A stretch of 61,871 bases of DNA. Origin: an uncultured Bdellovibrionales bacterium (GTDB lineage Bacteria > Bdellovibrionota_C > UBA2361 > SZUA-149 > CAYOZL01). A program made the position numbers and the translations under genes. Positions 28,809-39,200 of the stretch are shown in pieces. Within the stretch, counting starts at the first letter, position 1. The number at the start of each line of letters is the position of its first letter. The stretch lies in the NCBI GenBank assembly GCA_964408435.1, contig CAYOZL010000007.1:1-61871 (forward strand), in the 5' to 3' direction. The notes below the pieces were generated by a model. That model saw nothing but the letters and a program-made list of their open reading frames with translations, was not told the DNA's origin and searched no databases.

Positions 28809-30203
28809 ATGTCTAAACTGAATGTAATCCCAAATAATACTGCCCAAGATTCTTCTGTCCCTGAAAAGAGAGCAGATTACGCAGGTAATGCCTTAATGGT
28901 AACACTTGGTTGTTCTAAGAATTTAGTAGACTCCGAAGTAATGCTCGGTTCACTTAGATCTAAAGGCTTTGAACTAGTAACTAAGCCAACCGAAGCTGAT
29001 TTAATTGTCGTTAATACATGTGCTTTTCTAGAGTCTGCAGTTCAAGAAAGTATAGATAGGATTCTTGAAATGGCTGAGTATAAAAAAACTGGTAGATGTA
29101 AACAGTTAATTGTAGCTGGTTGTATTGTTGAGAGATATAAAGAAGATCTTAAAAAATCTCTTCCTGAAGTTGATCAGTTTATTGATACAAATGAACTTCT
29201 TCTTGTTGGTGATGAAAGTGTCAATATCCTTGAAAAAGCAAAGAGACCATATTTTCTTTATGATGAAGGAATGCCAAGAGTTTTATCAACAAGTCCTCAT
29301 TTAACTTATATTAAAATAGCTGAAGGTTGTGATAGACCATGTGCTTTTTGTATTATCCCAAAAATTAGAGGTGAGTTTCGATCACGTCCAATTGAATCAA
29401 TCATTCAAGAAATAAATACTTTAAAGAATTCTGACACAAAAGAATTTAATCTAGTTGCACAAGACTTAACCGCATACGGAAATGATCGAGAAAAGAATAA
29501 TAAAGGCAGTGAGCTTGTAAAGTTATTACAATCAATTGAATTATTACAAAAAGATGATGAAAGATTTTGGACTAGGCTATTATATGCATATCCAATTGGA
29601 GTAACCACTGAGCTTTTAGATTTAATATCAAGTTCTAAAGTTATTGCTCCATATCTAGATTTGCCTCTTCAACATGTAAGTTCAAATGTTTTAAAATTAA
29701 TGAGAAGACCTCTAGGGGGGCAGAAAACAGTTGAGCTGATAAATAAAATTTCTTCTTACAATATAGCTTTTAGAACAACTTTTTTAGTTGGTTTTCCTGG
29801 AGAAACTGAAGAAGATATTAGCTTATTAGAAAAAGTAGTTAGTGAAGGACATTTTTCTCACGTAGGAGTTTTTACTTATTCTCAAGAAAAAGAAGCCCTA
29901 TCTTATACTTTTGAAAATCAAATTCCTGAAGAAGTTAAAGTCGAGCGTAAAGAAAGAATAATGCTTGCTCAAAAGAAGGTAGTAGAAAAGAGATTAGAGA
30001 AATATGTGGGTAAAGAGGAAACTGTATTAGTAGATGGTGTCTTGGATGGTAAAATATTAGCTAGAGCTAACTGGCAAGCACCTGAAACAGATAGTGTGGT
30101 GATAATTGAAGGACCTATCTCAGAAGGTCTTAATGCTGGACAGTTCATTACAGTGAAGTACAAATCTTATACTGACTATGATTTAATTGCTGAATTAGTT
30201 TAA
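28809..30203 (+). CDS. rimO: Ribosomal protein S12 methylthiotransferase
   Basis: LGCSKNLVDSE, radical SAM CDRPCAFC, APETD. Confidence 0.95.
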   Translation: MSKLNVIPNNTAQDSSVPEKRADYAGNALMVTLGCSKNLVDSEVMLGSLRSKGFELVTKPTEADLIVVNTCAFLESAVQESIDRILEMAEYKKTGRCKQLIVAGCIVERYKEDLKKSLPEVDQFIDTNELLLVGDESVNILEKAKRPYFLYDEGMPRVLSTSPHLTYIKIAEGCDRPCAFCIIPKIRGEFRSRPIESIIQEINTLKNSDTKEFNLVAQDLTAYGNDREKNNKGSELVKLLQSIELLQKDDERFWTRLLYAYPIGVTTELLDLISSSKVIAPYLDLPLQHVSSNVLKLMRRPLGGQKTVELINKISSYNIAFRTTFLVGFPGETEEDISLLEKVVSEGHFSHVGVFTYSQEKEALSYTFENQIPEEVKVERKERIMLAQKKVVEKRLEKYVGKEETVLVDGVLDGKILARANWQAPETDSVVIIEGPISEGLNAGQFITVKYKSYTDYDLIAELV

Positions 30204-30517
30204 TGAGTTCTGATACCGAAGCTGATAAAAGAACTCTAGAGGAAAAACTTAAAGAAAGCTCCTATAGACTTAAATGGTCTGAGATTAACTCTGGAATATT
30301 AAAAGAAGTAATTATTTTAGTTAGTCAAGATTTGGATCTAGATAAAGTGGGATTAGCATGCGCTAATGATGAAAAAGAGCTTTTTGAGTCTTGGTTAAAG
30401 CAGGGTAGTGTTAGCAGAACAAGTGAGAGTGAGCATGAAAAGTGGAATTTGGAGAACCCATACTTTAACTGCTGTATCGTTAAACCCTTTATCTTTATAA
30501 AACAAATTGAAGTTTAA
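30203..30517 (+). CDS. DUF2288-family protein
   Basis: LDLDKVG..D...W..G and IVKPFIFI pattern. Confidence 0.7.
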   Translation: MSSDTEADKRTLEEKLKESSYRLKWSEINSGILKEVIILVSQDLDLDKVGLACANDEKELFESWLKQGSVSRTSESEHEKWNLENPYFNCCIVKPFIFIKQIEV

Positions 30518-30564
30518 AATTGAGTCTTTAATTATTATTAGAGTATCAGAATCGAAGAGATTTT

Positions 30565-31476
30565 ATGGAAGCAATTTTAGTCGTAGTTGGCTTCTTAGGA
30601 GCAGGTAAAACAACTCTTTTAAGAAATTTAGCAGCTAGCTGTATTGAAGCAAATTGGAATCCGTTTATTATTCTTAATGACTATGAAAGCGCACATATGG
30701 ATGCTCAACAGTTTGTAGAACAGATTGGTAAGAAGCAGGTTAAAGCTCTTAGTGGTAGTTGTATTTGTTGTAGTGGTATCCACGAGCTAAGAAATCTAGT
30801 CAACTGTATTCCAGAACGAAAAAGAGGCATTACTCTTATTGAAGCGAATGGCACTTCTGATGCTTGCTCCTTAATGGGTTTTCTCGGCGTTGGGCTTGAT
30901 GATCGATTTCTTCCACCAGTTCAAATCTCTGTAGTTGATGTAAAAAATTGGCAAACAAGGGGAGAGAATAATGAATTAGAAGCAAGTCAGATTCAAGTAT
31001 CTTCTTTAATTGTTTTAACACATATTGCTGAGTCTACTGAGAAAAGAAGAGCAAGTGTTATTAGCGAGCTTAAAGCGCTAAATCCTTTTGCTAAAATTAT
31101 GACAACAAGTGAACTTGATATTACTCTACTGAGCGAGCTTTCACCGTCTGAAAATAATACTCAAAAACTAGATCATAAAAAAGCTCACTGGTCATCATGT
31201 TCTACTGATCTGCCAAATTTACCTGAGTCTTCTTGTATTCAGCATCTTTGTGATGCTTTACCGAAAAGTATTCTCCGAGTTAAAGGCTGTACTAAAATTA
31301 AGGACGAAGAAGAATATACTTATTTTGAACGCAGTCCAGATGGTCAAGTCTCTATTCGGCCATATAAAGGAATACCAATTACAGGAGCAAAACTTTTAAC
31401 AGTTGGCCCGGGAAGCGAACCTAGACTGCTAAAAGAGGCAATTGCAAAGAGTTTAGATATCCCCAAAATAACTTGA
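30565..31476 (+). CDS. CobW/COG0523-family GTP-binding metallochaperone
   Basis: GFLGAGKTT, GSCICC, IEANG, LRVKG. Confidence 0.88.
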   Translation: MEAILVVVGFLGAGKTTLLRNLAASCIEANWNPFIILNDYESAHMDAQQFVEQIGKKQVKALSGSCICCSGIHELRNLVNCIPERKRGITLIEANGTSDACSLMGFLGVGLDDRFLPPVQISVVDVKNWQTRGENNELEASQIQVSSLIVLTHIAESTEKRRASVISELKALNPFAKIMTTSELDITLLSELSPSENNTQKLDHKKAHWSSCSTDLPNLPESSCIQHLCDALPKSILRVKGCTKIKDEEEYTYFERSPDGQVSIRPYKGIPITGAKLLTVGPGSEPRLLKEAIAKSLDIPKIT

Positions 31477-31658
31477 TTTAAATATTCATACTATTTCTAT
31501 CAAAGGATTCGGTTCTTTTTAGTAAAAATTAAGAGCAGTAAGTACTTAAAATTAATGAATTAAAAGCGAATATGTGGATAAGTCAGCTTAGACAGTTTAT
31601 TTTTTTTCTATTTCGTAGTAAATATATGCGGAGTTATTAAGCAAGGAGATTAGGACTT

Positions 31659-32336
31659 ATGTTTTCATGTGTAGTTTGGTGGATACTTTTAGGCTCTTTA
31701 TTAGGGACCTTATTAAGTTGGGCATTGGGTAATGCTTTAGCAAAAAAGAAAGAAGTAGAGAGCCCAGAGTTAATCAATAAAATTTCAATTTTAGAAAAAG
31801 AAAATTCAGAAATTCCTGAGTTAAGATCTAAAATTCGTTTGCAAGAGAAAAATAAGCCTAGATTAGAGCATACACTAGAGCTAAAGAAAAAAGACGAGCT
31901 AGTAGATGATCTTAAAACTAGACTAAGCGATTTACTAACTAAGTTTGAAAAAGCTAGTTATGTACTTCATGAAAGAAATGAAAAAATTAGTTTACTACAA
32001 CCACCTACGGTAGATATTCAACAAGCACAAAACTTAGGTCTTAAGTTAAAAAGTAACGATGATTTTGAAATAATAGAAGGGATTGGTCCGGTAATATCAA
32101 TTTTACTAAATCAAAATGGAATTAATTCTTTTCATGATTTATCTAAAACTAGTCTAGAAGAGTTAAGATCTATTTTATCTGGAGCTGGTCCAAACTTTAG
32201 ATTATCAGATCCTAGTAATTGGCCAGAGCAAGCTAGTCTTGCAGCAAATAATAGCTGGAATGCTTTAATGGCTTATCAAAATCAAATTCTTAGTAGTAAT
32301 ATTAGTAGCAATGCTAAACTTTCTAACAGTTTCTAA
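31659..32336 (+). CDS. Membrane-anchored coiled-coil protein with helix-hairpin-helix (DUF4332-like) domain
   Basis: DDFEIIEGIGP..LL...GI.SF..L..WPEQA.LA. Confidence 0.75.
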   Translation: MFSCVVWWILLGSLLGTLLSWALGNALAKKKEVESPELINKISILEKENSEIPELRSKIRLQEKNKPRLEHTLELKKKDELVDDLKTRLSDLLTKFEKASYVLHERNEKISLLQPPTVDIQQAQNLGLKLKSNDDFEIIEGIGPVISILLNQNGINSFHDLSKTSLEELRSILSGAGPNFRLSDPSNWPEQASLAANNSWNALMAYQNQILSSNISSNAKLSNSF

Positions 32337-32353
32337 TTCGGAGCAGTAAAAAA

Positions 32354-33052
32354 ATGTCTAAGAAAAATTCAATGTCTTCATATAATGAGACACATTTATT
32401 ATTAAGTTTAGGATTGCTAGCAATTTTAGTAATACTACCTACTTTTTATAATATAGGGCCAAACTCTACAGCTTGTTCTGTAAGTTTACCTAGTGTTAGC
32501 AGTGCTCAAAGTAGTGCCTCTACTAAAGTTAAATCTAATAGTCTTCCTAATTTATATATACCTTCTGCAATTCCTGTCTTAGCAGATAAGAAGCTAAAAG
32601 TATCTAGAGTGAAAACAGCGAAGCTTTCAGATCAGAAGGCGCAAATGGATTCTCCAAAAGAAGAGAAGATGGAGAAGAAAGTTGCTGAGGAAGTTAAAGA
32701 AAAAGCTCCTAAAAAAACTACAACTGAAAAACCAAAGTTAGCTAAAGTTTATTTTGGATTTAATAGCTTTACTTTGCCTGCTAATGTGAAAAAAGATTTG
32801 CAAGTAATGGTTAATTTTTTAAAAGAAAATGAATCTTCAACAATAGGACTTAAAGGGTATCATGATAATGCTGGTTCTGATTATGCTATTTATAATAAAA
32901 GAATCGCACTTAAAAGAGCTCAACAGGTATATAATTTTTTAATAGCTCAAGGTATTTCAGCTGATAGAGTGATACTTAAAAAGCCTGGTAAGAGTCTTGG
33001 AACTGGATCGAATTGGGAAGCTAGAAGAGTAGAAGCTTTTATTTTAGAATAG
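32354..33052 (+). CDS. OmpA-family peptidoglycan-binding protein
   Basis: VYFGFNS, GYHD..G, ALKRAQQV, ARRVE. Confidence 0.85.
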   Translation: MSKKNSMSSYNETHLLLSLGLLAILVILPTFYNIGPNSTACSVSLPSVSSAQSSASTKVKSNSLPNLYIPSAIPVLADKKLKVSRVKTAKLSDQKAQMDSPKEEKMEKKVAEEVKEKAPKKTTTEKPKLAKVYFGFNSFTLPANVKKDLQVMVNFLKENESSTIGLKGYHDNAGSDYAIYNKRIALKRAQQVYNFLIAQGISADRVILKKPGKSLGTGSNWEARRVEAFILE

Positions 33053-33061
33053 CTGTTTAGT

Positions 33062-34858
33062 TTACTCACTAAGAGTTTCTAAAAATACTTTTCCGTATTT
33101 CTTTAATTTACTTTGACCAACACCTGTAATTTTAGAAAATTCTTCTATGTTTTGTGGTTTAATCTCAGCCATTTCTTGTAGGGTCTTGTCATGAAAAATA
33201 ATGTACGGAGGCACATTTTGAGCTTTTGCAATCTGCATTCTTTTCTCTCTTAATTTCTCAAATGTGTCTTTGTCATAATCAAAATATTTCTTTTTTGTGC
33301 GCGTCGCTTTAGATTTTTTCCTTTTATCTTTTCTAAATGAAATTTCTTTTTTCTCGATTAATATCTCTTTACTTTTCTCGTTTAGCTTCAAACTTCCAAA
33401 GCCTTCAATATCTACATCTAAAAATTGAGCAGCGATTAATTGTCTAAATACGCTAGTCCACTGTTTCTTATCAATTTCTTTGCCAATGCCAAAAGTAGAA
33501 ATAGAATCATGTCTAAATTGTTTAATCCGGTCGTTATCAGCGCCAATTAAAACATCACTTAAATAGCTAGCTCCAAATCTTTGCCCAGTTCTATACACTG
33601 TAGATAGAGCTTGTTGAGCAGCAATTGTTCCATCCCAAGTCTCTACCGGGTTGATACAGGTATCGCAATTATTGCAGTTATCAATTGTTTCTTCACCGAA
33701 ATAATTTAAAAGTATTTTTCTTCTACACGTAGTGCTTTCTGCAAAGCCTAGCAGTGTGGTTAGTTTTTGATGCTCGATTCTTTTTCTATTAGGGTTTGAT
33801 GTATTAGAATCAATCATGCTTCTAAGAGTAGCAATGTCTCCAAAACCATATGCCATAAAAGCTGAAGAAGGCAGGCCATCTCTACCGGCTCTTCCAGTTT
33901 CTTGATAATAAGATTCTATGCTTTTTGGTAAATCTAAATGAGCAACAAAGCGTACATCTGGTTTATCAATGCCCATGCCAAAAGCAATTGTAGCAACAAT
34001 TATAATGTTTTCTTCATTAATAAATTTTCTTTGGTTCTTTTCTCTAACTTTACTACTTAATCCAGCATGATAGGGCAGGGCATTATAGCCATTATCGCAA
34101 AGCCAACTAGCAGTTTGCTCAACTTTTTTTCTAGATAAACAATAAACAATTCCTGAGTCCTGATGGTGTTCTGTTTTTATGAAATCTAGTAACTGTTTTT
34201 TAGGGCTATTTTTTAAAACGACTTGGTAATTTATATTGGGTCTATCAAAGCTACTTAGAAATTGTTTTGCTTGGTTTAGGTTTAATTGTTTTCTAATTTC
34301 ATTTTGAGTAGGTAAGTCAGCAGTTGCAGTAAGAGCAATCCTTGGAATGTTAGGGAAGCGTTTATGCAGTATGGAAAGTTTTAAATATTCTTTTCTAAAA
34401 TCATGTCCCCATTGGGAAACGCAGTGTGCTTCATCGATTGCAAATAAAGAAATGGGTATTTCAGAAATTAATTCTAAAAAAGAATCTAGTAATAGTCTTT
34501 CAGGAGCAACGTATATTAAATCTAGCTCTTGGTTCCTTAGTGCGTCTTTTACCTCATAGCTTTGTTTGGCATTTAGGCTTGAGTTGAGAAACTCAGCTCT
34601 TATTCCTAATTGTTTCAAGCTTTGGACTTGGTCTTGCATTAGAGCAATTAGAGGGGAAATTACTATTCCAACTCCTTGTCTGAGAATTGCTGGGATTTGA
34701 AAACAAATAGATTTACCACCACCAGTTGGCATAAGCACTAATGCATCTTTACCCTCTATTAGGTGATTTATTATTTCTTCTTGATTCCCTCTAAATGATT
34801 CATAGCCAAAGGCTGACTTTAGAATTTCATTTGGGCGATCTTTTGATGTTTCCTGCAT
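33062..34858 (-). CDS. recQ: ATP-dependent DNA helicase RecQ
   Basis: [35 protein letters not shown] and HRDC regions. Confidence 0.98.
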   Translation of the reverse strand: MQETSKDRPNEILKSAFGYESFRGNQEEIINHLIEGKDALVLMPTGGGKSICFQIPAILRQGVGIVISPLIALMQDQVQSLKQLGIRAEFLNSSLNAKQSYEVKDALRNQELDLIYVAPERLLLDSFLELISEIPISLFAIDEAHCVSQWGHDFRKEYLKLSILHKRFPNIPRIALTATADLPTQNEIRKQLNLNQAKQFLSSFDRPNINYQVVLKNSPKKQLLDFIKTEHHQDSGIVYCLSRKKVEQTASWLCDNGYNALPYHAGLSSKVREKNQRKFINEENIIIVATIAFGMGIDKPDVRFVAHLDLPKSIESYYQETGRAGRDGLPSSAFMAYGFGDIATLRSMIDSNTSNPNRKRIEHQKLTTLLGFAESTTCRRKILLNYFGEETIDNCNNCDTCINPVETWDGTIAAQQALSTVYRTGQRFGASYLSDVLIGADNDRIKQFRHDSISTFGIGKEIDKKQWTSVFRQLIAAQFLDVDIEGFGSLKLNEKSKEILIEKKEISFRKDKRKKSKATRTKKKYFDYDKDTFEKLREKRMQIAKAQNVPPYIIFHDKTLQEMAEIKPQNIEEFSKITGVGQSKLKKYGKVFLETLSE

Positions 34859-34919
34859 ATAAGTTTATCGCTAGTTTTTAATAAAAATTAACTAGGTTTT
34901 AAAAATTAATACTTCTCAA

Positions 34920-35399
34920 CTAGTACTTTTCTACTGTTTGTTCTAGCACAACTAGCTCTACCCCTGCTTCTTTAAACATTTTTCTAGTATCTGCACCTGC
35001 TTGGTATTGTTTCCTGCAAACAACTTTTGAAATTCCAACGCTAATGATCATCATTGCACAAACTCTACATGGTTCCATCTTGCAGTATAGAGTTGCCCCA
35101 TTTACTGCTATGCCGTGTTTTGCAGCTTGAGCTAATGCGTTTTGTTCAGCATGAATAGTTCTAACGCAGTGTTGTTTTGTTACGCCGTCTTCATAAGTAA
35201 CTTCTCGAAGTAAGTGACCAACCTCATCACAGTGCGGAAGTCCTGAAGGTGAGCCTACATAACCTGTAGCTAAAACTCTTTTTTCTTTTACAATTACGCA
35301 ACCGCTCTTACCTCGGTCGCAAGTAGCTCTACTTGCTACTATGTCACTAAGTTCCAAGAAATATTGATCCCAGGGCGGTCTTACGTTTTTAGTTTCCAT
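34920..35399 (-). CDS. dCMP/cytidine deaminase family protein (ComEB-like)
   Basis: HAEQNA and PCRVC zinc motifs, RPPWDQYF. Confidence 0.92.
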   Translation of the reverse strand: METKNVRPPWDQYFLELSDIVASRATCDRGKSGCVIVKEKRVLATGYVGSPSGLPHCDEVGHLLREVTYEDGVTKQHCVRTIHAEQNALAQAAKHGIAVNGATLYCKMEPCRVCAMMIISVGISKVVCRKQYQAGADTRKMFKEAGVELVVLEQTVEKY

Positions 35400-35427
35400 A
35401 TTATGCCTAATCTAGCATAATACTCTT

Positions 35428-35613
35428 ATGAATAAAGTTAGCCTCTTTTTTATCCTTATTTTTTGTTTCCTAGTTTCTTGCTCTGCAATTGAAGAAGATA
35501 AACTAGAAGAAGGTAGATGTGCAGTGAATTCTGACTGTAAGCAAGGTATGGAATGTGCCAATACTTTTTGTGAGGACATCTACTACCCAAGAAGAACTAT
35601 AAAAACATATTAG
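35428..35613 (+). CDS. Small cysteine-rich lipoprotein (61 aa)
   Basis: Lipobox LVSC; C-x5-C-x5-C-x4-C. Confidence 0.7.
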   Translation: MNKVSLFFILIFCFLVSCSAIEEDKLEEGRCAVNSDCKQGMECANTFCEDIYYPRRTIKTY

Positions 35614-35628
35614 TTTTATTCTCGCACT

Positions 35629-36666
35629 CTAGTCTAGTATGGGCTTGATGGTTATTTCTCTTAAAGCTTTTTTATCAAAACCTTTTCTAATAATTAATTT
35701 AACAGGCTTAGTTGATTTAGATAAAATTTTAAGAAACTGTGCCTTAGATTTAATACCTTTATCGTTAATAGCAACAATATATTCTCCTTGAGAAGGATCT
35801 AAGTAAGTTTGTACATAAGAACTTCTTCTTCTCTTTATCACCGCACCTTTTACTCCAGCTTTATCCGCAGGACCATTAGGTTGCACGTATAATACTAGTA
35901 AGCCCCAGTCAGTCTCACTTAAGCTAATGCCTAACTTAGGTCTTAAGACTCTACCGTATTTAACTAGTTGTGGAATTGCAGGCTTAATCTGATTTATTGG
36001 AATAGCAAATCCAATACCAGCGTTTGCCCCGCTTTTACTAAGAATAACAGTATTGATGCCAATTACTCTACCAGCGGCATCTAGTAGTGGCCCACCAGAG
36101 TTTCCCTGATTAATTGCAGCATCTGTTTGAATTAAATTTTCTAAAAGTGTGTCTTTAGCTATTTTTAAAGTTCTACCTAAACTAGATATTATTCCAGTTG
36201 TTAGTGTTCTATCTAAACCATAAGGATTACCTATTGCTAATACTCTTTGACCCACTAGAAGTTCATCAGAATCAGCTAACTCAGCAGCTGTTAGATCATC
36301 AGGAGCATTATGAATTTGAATAAGAGCAATGTCATTATCGGGATCGGTTCCAACTTTAATAGCAGGATAATTATTTCCATTTGCAAGAGTTACAGTAACT
36401 CTGCTTGCATCTTCAATTACATGATAATTAGTAACTACTAATGCGTTATTAGCATCAATTATGATGCCTGAACCCATTCCCTGTTGGTAACTCGCACCTT
36501 CAAAAAAATCGTAAGTAGCTGAAGTTGAGCTGATGTGAACAACTGCTTTATTTGTTCTAGAGTAAGCATCTATGACTTGTTGCTCATCTTGAGTTCTTGG
36601 AGCTAGAGATTGAGCAATAGCAAAACTTGGTAGTAATAGTAAAAAAGATAAGAATAATTTTTTCAT
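35629..36666 (-). CDS. HtrA/DegS-like trypsin serine protease with PDZ domain
   Basis: TNYHVI, DIAL, QTDAAINQGNSGGPL, GIGFAIP. Confidence 0.93.
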   Translation of the reverse strand: MKKLFLSFLLLLPSFAIAQSLAPRTQDEQQVIDAYSRTNKAVVHISSTSATYDFFEGASYQQGMGSGIIIDANNALVVTNYHVIEDASRVTVTLANGNNYPAIKVGTDPDNDIALIQIHNAPDDLTAAELADSDELLVGQRVLAIGNPYGLDRTLTTGIISSLGRTLKIAKDTLLENLIQTDAAINQGNSGGPLLDAAGRVIGINTVILSKSGANAGIGFAIPINQIKPAIPQLVKYGRVLRPKLGISLSETDWGLLVLYVQPNGPADKAGVKGAVIKRRRSSYVQTYLDPSQGEYIVAINDKGIKSKAQFLKILSKSTKPVKLIIRKGFDKKALREITIKPILD

Positions 36667-36888
36667 AGTGTTTGTAGACGTTTGTAAGCCTGCTTAGTTA
36701 CTAATATTTGAGAAATATGCCCACTAAATTGTTTTATAGCAATACTTGAGCTAATAAATTAGGTATATCTCCATCACATTACAATTTTCATTATCTAGCT
36801 TTGATGTGGATATAGCCAAGAGCAGATATGTTAATCGTAAGAACTGTCAAAACCACAATGGTTTTGCCGATTTTTTGTGATGGGTCTA

Positions 36889-36910
36889 CCTGTCTTCCGC
36901 TGCGCTCGGC
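36889..36910 (+). repeat. Fourth copy of the element tail
   Basis: CCTGTCTTCCGCTGCGCTCGGC matches tails at 8948, 43725 and 53534. Confidence 0.85.
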
Positions 36911-36967
36911 TATATGCTAATCTCCAGTGAATTTATAAAAAATATAAAAGTAAATCACGATTAGCAT

Positions 36968-37438
36968 ATGACACAGAGCCAATACAGTTTAGACAGGGCA
37001 CTTGATTCAGTAGAAGGTGCTAGAAAGAATAGTAAAAAAATAGTTTTTACAAATGGCTGCTTTGATATCTTGCATGTTGGTCATTTACGTTATTTACAAG
37101 ATGCTAAAAATTTAGCTGATTATCTTATTATTGGTTTAAATAGTGACAGTTCTGTGAAGTCATTAAAAGGAGAGCAAAGACCAATTGTTAATGAACTTGA
37201 AAGAGCTGAAATGCTTTTAGGATTAAAGGCTGTTGATGAAGTTGTAATTTTTTCTGAAGAAACTCCAATCAAATTAATTAAAGCTATAAAACCAGATTTT
37301 CTATGTAAGGGAGGAGACTGGGCAATAGACCAAATAGTAGGAGCAGATTTTGTTCAGTCTTATGATGGAAAGGTCTTATCCCTGCCATTTATTGAAGGGA
37401 AATCTACTACAGGAATTATAGAAAGAATTTTATCATGA
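36968..37438 (+). CDS. rfaE2: D-glycero-beta-D-manno-heptose 1-phosphate adenylyltransferase
   Basis: FTNGCFDILHVGH, GLNSD.SV..LKG..RP, KGGDW, STTGII. Confidence 0.95.
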   Translation: MTQSQYSLDRALDSVEGARKNSKKIVFTNGCFDILHVGHLRYLQDAKNLADYLIIGLNSDSSVKSLKGEQRPIVNELERAEMLLGLKAVDEVVIFSEETPIKLIKAIKPDFLCKGGDWAIDQIVGADFVQSYDGKVLSLPFIEGKSTTGIIERILS

Positions 37439-39174
37439 AGCAGTCTCCTAAAGTAGTAATTTTAGAACAACAAGTAGTTAACCAAATAGCAGCTGGAGAA
37501 GTAGTTGAAAGACCAGCTTCAGTAGTTAAAGAATTAGTAGAGAATTCAATTGATGCTGGGGCAACTGAAGTTAAAGTTATACTGGCAAATGGCGGAAAGT
37601 CTTTAATTGAAATCCAAGATAATGGTTGTGGAATGAACGAAGCAAATTTGCTTTGCGCCCTTAAAAGACATGGAACTTCGAAAATTGTAGATGTTGATAA
37701 TTTACTCAATATTAAAACTCTAGGCTTTAGAGGTGAGGCACTACCAACAATAGTCTCAGTTTCAAAGTTTATAATTACAACTGCAACTAGTGATAATCAA
37801 GGAATAGAGGTAACTCTAAATGCTGGTGAAGTATTAGAGAAAAATAATCTTAATTTTAAAAAAGGCACAAAAATAAAAGTAGTAGATTTATTTTACAACG
37901 TGCCTGCAAGAAGAAAATTCTTAAAAAGTGATAATGTAGAATATAATAACATTAAGGCATTCTTATCAGATTTATATTTAGCAAATTCAAATTTGAGAAT
38001 TACTTTAAAAAGTGAAGGTAAAAAAGAAATAATTATGCCTGCTGAAGATGCTTTTCTAAAAAGAGCTGAGAATCTAGGATTTAAAGGCGAGAATTTTTTA
38101 GTTATAGATAAAGAGTATAATCCTCAGCTTAGAATTCAAGCCGTTCTTAGTGTTCCTATAAAAGCAGTTTCAAATTCTTCAAAACTAAGAACTTTAGTTA
38201 ACGGTCGATCTGTAAGAGATAGGCTAATGTTAACAGCAATACGCTCAGGTTACGGCGCATTTTTAAAATCAGGGAAGTATCCTAGTGGAGCTTTTAGTTT
38301 AAAAATTCCTAGTAAAGACGTTGATGTAAATGTTCATCCTCAAAAATCTGAAGTTAGGTTTAGAGATTCTAATTCAATTTTTGCATTAGTTAGTTCAAAT
38401 GTATCTAGATTATTCGATGAGCAAAAAGCAAGTTTTAGCTCTCAAGTTACAGAACAGCAGGTAGTTAATACCTTTTCTACTCAGTCTTCATCATCTCAGT
38501 CTGAAATAACTTTTTTTTCAAATTCTAATACAAATAACTCTAGTTTAGATGATTCTAATTCCAGTGAAGTTAGCTCTTTTAGAGATTTGAGATTCTTAGG
38601 AAAAATATTAGATGTTTATCTTCTTTTTTCCAGTTCTAATTCCTTAACAGTTCTAGATATGCACGCTGCACATGAAAGGGTAGTTTACTATAGATTGCGC
38701 ACTCAGTATGAAAGTAAATCAATTGCTAAGCAAAAATTATTAATTCCTATTACTATAGATTTAACTAACGATTTTGTTGAGCCAGAAAATGTTGATCGTT
38801 TAAATTCTATTGGCTTTGAAGCTGAGATTTTTGGAGATACTTCTGTAATTATTAGAGCGGTTCCTGCATTAATAGCTGATTCAGCTGTTGAGTCTATGAT
38901 TAGAGAAATACTTAGTTCTAGTGAATGGGAAGTCTTTAAAAAGCCTCAGAATAATAAGGCTGGTAATACCGATGCTATAGATGCCGTTGTAACAAGAATG
39001 GCATGCCACAGAGCTCTTAGAAGAGGCGATAGTATTTCAACTGAGCAGGCGTATAAGCTACTTGCAGATTTAGAATTAGCTAATAGCTCTGCATTTTGTC
39101 CACATGGAAGACCTGTTAAAATTGAATTATCAGAACTGGAGTTTGAAAAACTTTTTGGAAGAAGTGGTTTTTAA
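37435..39174 (+). CDS. mutL: DNA mismatch repair endonuclease MutL
   Basis: IAAGEVVERPASVVKEL, GFRGEAL, DMHAAHER, CPHGRP. Confidence 0.97.
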   Translation: MKQSPKVVILEQQVVNQIAAGEVVERPASVVKELVENSIDAGATEVKVILANGGKSLIEIQDNGCGMNEANLLCALKRHGTSKIVDVDNLLNIKTLGFRGEALPTIVSVSKFIITTATSDNQGIEVTLNAGEVLEKNNLNFKKGTKIKVVDLFYNVPARRKFLKSDNVEYNNIKAFLSDLYLANSNLRITLKSEGKKEIIMPAEDAFLKRAENLGFKGENFLVIDKEYNPQLRIQAVLSVPIKAVSNSSKLRTLVNGRSVRDRLMLTAIRSGYGAFLKSGKYPSGAFSLKIPSKDVDVNVHPQKSEVRFRDSNSIFALVSSNVSRLFDEQKASFSSQVTEQQVVNTFSTQSSSSQSEITFFSNSNTNNSSLDDSNSSEVSSFRDLRFLGKILDVYLLFSSSNSLTVLDMHAAHERVVYYRLRTQYESKSIAKQKLLIPITIDLTNDFVEPENVDRLNSIGFEAEIFGDTSVIIRAVPALIADSAVESMIREILSSSEWEVFKKPQNNKAGNTDAIDAVVTRMACHRALRRGDSISTEQAYKLLADLELANSSAFCPHGRPVKIELSELEFEKLFGRSGF

Positions 39175-39200
39175 ATAAAAAAATCCCAAATGATATTATT

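Noticed and set aside
30548-31516. AGAATCGAA / TTCGGTTCT pair flanking the CobW gene as a fourth bracketed cassette
   Set aside because: Only 9 bp with a wobble, which is plausible by chance; the gene is a known family and co-oriented with its neighbours
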